A stretch of DNA of 63,285 nucleotides, the filler included. It is 4 parts of 4 records of this genome, joined end to end, with 100 filler letters (N's around TTAATTAATTAA, not from the genome) between each part and the next. Parts side by side here need not be neighbours in the genome. Positions count along the whole stretch, not along the records: positions 55,467 to 63,285 come from SRR31156797_15514; 3 more parts are not named here. The stretch is one strand, 5' to 3'. Every line of letters begins with the position of its first letter. Position 1 is the first letter of the stretch. The notes under the pieces were generated by a model. The model was not told the origin of the DNA. It saw only the letters and a program-made list of their open reading frames with translations, and made no database searches. Made by a program: the position numbers and the translations under genes. Positions 60,000 to 63,285 of the stretch are shown here, one piece after another.

Positions 60000-60793
60000 G
60001 CTTCTTGGTTTTTCATAAGTGAATTAAGTACTTCATGGAAAGAGTCATCTTTTTTAACTGCAAGTGTTGAGTACTTATAGTTTGGCTTAATCATAACCCC
60101 TGAATTACTTTTTAGTGTTGTTCCAAATAGAACAGATGATGTGTTTTTAATTAAGTTTGAAACACTACTAAAGTTATTGTTTTTAACTGAAATAATAAAT
60201 TTACTACTTAAATATCTACAAATTTCAAAATCAATATCTTCTTTTTTAAACTCTTTATTTATAAACTCATAGATAAAGATTAATAAGTTATTTGAGATAA
60301 GCTTGTTATATGTTTTCTTTATATATTCAAAATCTTTCACATCAATAAGAATGATAATAGCATCTTCTTTGATTTTAGAATTAGCAGCTAAATATTTATG
60401 ATACAGCCACTTTTTATTATAAGCACTTGTTAAATAGTCTTTATAAATATTCTCTGTCATATCTTGAAGCTCTTCTTGAAGCTCTTTTATTTGTGAATAT
60501 AGTTTCTTTAAAGCAGATGAGTTGTTCTCTTCAATTGCTTTTTGTGCATCTAAAGTTAATGCTGCTGCACTATCAATATTTTTTGTTGCGCTTTTTACGT
60601 AGTTATTTATACTACTAATCTCATTTAAAAGTAGCTCATCAACTTCTTTTTCAAAGCTATCATCTTTTAACTCGATTTCTGAAAGTTTTGCATGTTTATC
60701 AAAACACTCAAAATACTCAGAAGGAAGAATTACTTCTTCTTCAAGTAGTTCATTAATTGTTAAGTCAGTAATCTCTTTTAATTTTTCTTTCAT
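59996..60793 (-). CDS. Coiled-coil plus degenerate GGDEF-like domain protein
   Basis: YKDYLTSAYNK, ILIDVKDF; the GGDEF position reads RYLSSKF. Confidence 0.7.
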   Translation of the reverse strand: MKEKLKEITDLTINELLEEEVILPSEYFECFDKHAKLSEIELKDDSFEKEVDELLLNEISSINNYVKSATKNIDSAAALTLDAQKAIEENNSSALKKLYSQIKELQEELQDMTENIYKDYLTSAYNKKWLYHKYLAANSKIKEDAIIILIDVKDFEYIKKTYNKLISNNLLIFIYEFINKEFKKEDIDFEICRYLSSKFIISVKNNNFSSVSNLIKNTSSVLFGTTLKSNSGVMIKPNYKYSTLAVKKDDSFHEVLNSLMKNQEA

Positions 60794-62013
60794 TGCATAT
60801 CTTCCATTATTTCTTTAATAGGCATCGGTTTTGCTATATAATACCCTTGTGAATAATCAATGTTAAGTGATTTTACATATCTTAAAATTTTTAAATCACT
60901 TACAAACTCTGCTACAACTTTTATGTTTTGTTCTTTAGCAAACAGAACAATACTTTTTACAAGATTATAATAAACATCTTCATCAAGTTTTTTAATCAAA
61001 CTTCCATCAAGTTTAATGTAATCAGTATTGATATTTAATATGTGTTCATAGTTAGAAAAGCCACTTCCAAAGTCATCAATGGCAATAGAAACATTATAGT
61101 TTTTTAAGTCTCTAATAAACTCATTTACTAAATAGTAGTTTGATATTTTTTTGCTTTCTAAAATTTCAATTGTTAAGTATTTACCAATATCATTGTTTTT
61201 AATATTTTCAATAATTAACTCTTTCATTGAAGGATTTAGAATATCATTGTAGTCTAAATTTATACTTACATTAATTTTGTATCTTTTAATATACTCAATT
61301 ACTTTTAGAATCATTACTTCCATAAGTTTATTAAAGAGCCTGTATTTCCTTGATTTATCAATAAATACAGCAGGCATTAGAACTTCACCTTCATGGTCAT
61401 AAATTCTCATTAATGCTTCATATTTTATATTCTCTTTTGTTTTATTATCTTGTATTGCTTGAAAAAATGGTTCAACAGTTTTCTCTTCAATGTTTTTTCT
61501 AAGAATTGATAGCAGCTCTCTATTTTCAAAATGATTTTTGTAAAGATTTGCATCATAATACATAAAGTTTATATAGTTCATTTTTGCGTTATGTAAAGCT
61601 TTCTCAGCATAAACTAACAACTCTTTACCTTTTCCTTTAGAACAACCAATTGTTATATCAATATCAATAGTAAGATCAGAGTTTAAAAGTGAGAATTGGT
61701 GAGAGATAATTGTATTAAATATGATATTTTTAATTTCAACAACTTCTACTTTTGATAGGTCATCATAAATTATTAAATTAAAAACATCAACATGGGTATT
61801 TTCAACTGTTATGTTAAGTTTTCTCTCAAGATTGAAAAGGATTTCATTTTTAATATTTGAAGTTAAAAGTCTTTTTAATTGCTTTATTATGTAGTCGCCA
61901 TTATCAAATCCATAGACAGCATTGATATCTTTCATATATAAAATATCAATTAAAAAAGTTGTCTTAATATTATTTTTATAAAAATATTTGCAGAAACTAT
62001 TGTATATGGACAT
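60790..62013 (-). CDS. EAL c-di-GMP phosphodiesterase with degenerate GGDEF
   Basis: PFFQ, YEALMR, SIN, IEILE, IDDFGSGFS, IKLDG, VAEFV, QGYY. Confidence 0.9.
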   Translation of the reverse strand: MSIYNSFCKYFYKNNIKTTFLIDILYMKDINAVYGFDNGDYIIKQLKRLLTSNIKNEILFNLERKLNITVENTHVDVFNLIIYDDLSKVEVVEIKNIIFNTIISHQFSLLNSDLTIDIDITIGCSKGKGKELLVYAEKALHNAKMNYINFMYYDANLYKNHFENRELLSILRKNIEEKTVEPFFQAIQDNKTKENIKYEALMRIYDHEGEVLMPAVFIDKSRKYRLFNKLMEVMILKVIEYIKRYKINVSINLDYNDILNPSMKELIIENIKNNDIGKYLTIEILESKKISNYYLVNEFIRDLKNYNVSIAIDDFGSGFSNYEHILNINTDYIKLDGSLIKKLDEDVYYNLVKSIVLFAKEQNIKVVAEFVSDLKILRYVKSLNIDYSQGYYIAKPMPIKEIMEDMQ

Positions 62014-62226
62014 TTGGCCTTCTTGATTTTGATTATTAAGTATATAAGATTAACTCTTTAATAAAAGTCAAAAAGGTAAAAAAAGTTGTTAAAATTGTGA
62101 TAAATGTAATATTGATTATACACTATGTATAATAACCCTTAATTTATGATACTTTAGTTAAAATCACGTCCAAATAGTAAAGGCAAAAAATCTTACCTTT
62201 ATCTAAATATTTATTAAGGCTTTTAA

Positions 62227-62757
62227 GTGGAAGAATTTATTAGGGAATGGGGATATATTGCTCTTTTTGCATACTCATTTGGTGGGGGATTTGTAGGACT
62301 AGTTATTGCAGGTGTATTATCTTACGCAGGTGATTTAAATATTTATATTGCAATATTAGTAGCTGGTATCTCAAACTTTTTAGGTGACCAATTTTTATTT
62401 ACTCTTGCAAGACAAAATAAGTCTTATGCAAAAGATATGATGAAGAAGTATGGAAGAAAAGTTGCTTTAGCTCATGTTCTTATGAGAAAGTATGGTTCTT
62501 TTGTTGTTATCCTTCAAAAATATATTTATGGAATAAAGACTTTAATTCCTTTAGCAATGGGACTTACAAAATACTCTTCAATGAAGTTTGTTGTATTTAA
62601 TGCTGTTGCTACTATGCTTTGGGCTTGTATCGTTGGATTTGCAAGTTATACGGCTGGTGAATATATTTTAAATAGTACAGAAGAGTTTAAATATGTAGGA
62701 ATTGCAATTGTTGCTGCTATTTTAATAGCTGTAACTTACCTTTTCAAAAGGGTTTAA
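62227..62757 (+). CDS. DedA family membrane protein
   Basis: WGYIALF, GDQFLF, QKYIYGIKT. Confidence 0.9.
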   Translation: MEEFIREWGYIALFAYSFGGGFVGLVIAGVLSYAGDLNIYIAILVAGISNFLGDQFLFTLARQNKSYAKDMMKKYGRKVALAHVLMRKYGSFVVILQKYIYGIKTLIPLAMGLTKYSSMKFVVFNAVATMLWACIVGFASYTAGEYILNSTEEFKYVGIAIVAAILIAVTYLFKRV

Positions 62758-62770
62758 TTTTTTTGAGATA

Positions 62771-62790
62771 GGAAAGCTTAGAAGCTTTCC
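62771..62790. terminator. Hairpin between convergent dedA and MCP genes
   Basis: GGAAAGCTT-AG-AAGCTTTCC overlapping the MCP stop codon. Confidence 0.5.
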
Positions 62791-63285
62791 CACTCGTCAC
62801 TATCATCATTTGAGCTACTAATTACTGTAGCTTCTTTTTTAGGTTTAATAGGAGCTTGTCTTTGTTTTACATGAGTGTGCTCTTTTTTCATAGTTTTTTC
62901 AATACTTCTTTTTTCATTTCCATTGTATGAAAGGTCAGTTGTACTTTTTCTGATTTTTATATCATCTTTTCCATCAAACTCTTTTGCATCTGCATGGTCA
63001 ATAATCATATTTGAAATCTCTAAAGTTTTTTGTGCAATAGTATCTGCTTGTGAAGCATTTTGCGCATTTTCTTGAGTGATTTTATCTAGGTTATTTACAA
63101 CATCATTGATTTGTACCATACCTGCTGATTGCTCTTTACTTGCAGTTGTAACATCATCAATTAAATCAATAGTACTTGAAATATTAGCATTAAGCTCTTC
63201 ATAACCATTAATCATATTAGAAGCAATTTTCTTACCTTCATTTGTTTTCAACTGTGCATTTTCAACTAAATCTTTAATCTCTTTA
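62778..63285 (-). CDS. Methyl-accepting chemotaxis protein, C-terminal fragment ending in EWESF
   Basis: ASKEQSAGMVQINDVVNNLDKITQENA; tail DEWESF; runs off the window end. Confidence 0.9.
   Translation of the reverse strand, partial: KEIKDLVENAQLKTNEGKKIASNMINGYEELNANISSTIDLIDDVTTASKEQSAGMVQINDVVNNLDKITQENAQNASQADTIAQKTLEISNMIIDHADAKEFDGKDDIKIRKSTTDLSYNGNEKRSIEKTMKKEHTHVKQRQAPIKPKKEATVISSSNDDSDEWESF

Noticed and set aside
1..63285. CRISPR arrays, rRNA/tRNA genes, IS elements, prophage, retron or DGR systems
   Set aside because: No regularly spaced repeats, structured RNA genes, transposases, reverse transcriptases or phage genes were recognised; intergenic regions are short and AT-rich

Overview
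This window is not one locus. It is four contigs (1-23904, 24005-33946, 34047-55366, 55467-63285) joined by artificial 100-bp spacers (N44-TTAATTAATTAA-N44). Contigs 1, 3 and 4 are very AT-rich and look like Campylobacterota (Arcobacteraceae/Sulfurimonas-type). Contig 1 is a dense set of small detox, redox and stress genes with TetR/AraC regulators, a heme-c chemoreceptor and several gene remnants. Contig 3 is rich in signal transduction: an ammonium transporter-HAMP-GGDEF fusion, two-component systems next to an alpha-carbonic anhydrase and a Tat nucleotidase, a MoxR AAA plus vWA pair, and a PAS-GGDEF protein. Contig 4 carries a TRAP transporter with the 5-oxoprolinase pxpABC genes and an EAL plus degenerate-GGDEF pair. 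Contig 2 differs in composition and gene style (Myxococcota/deltaproteobacteria-like PP2C phosphatase, canonical TTGACA/TATAAT promoter) and is probably from another organism. It holds hicB, a DUF1016 nuclease, comM, and an operon with two thioredoxin-fold lipoproteins and a Cys-tailed outer-membrane barrel. I found no rRNA, tRNA, CRISPR array, transposase or integrase. The best leads are the Amt-HAMP-GGDEF sensor, the MoxR/vWA pair with a degenerate peptidase motif behind a sigma54-like promoter, the redox-lipoprotein/barrel operon, internally deleted mini-genes (Uma2, PhzF) and two unannotated small ORFs. All family calls come from motif recognition by eye, not from database searches.
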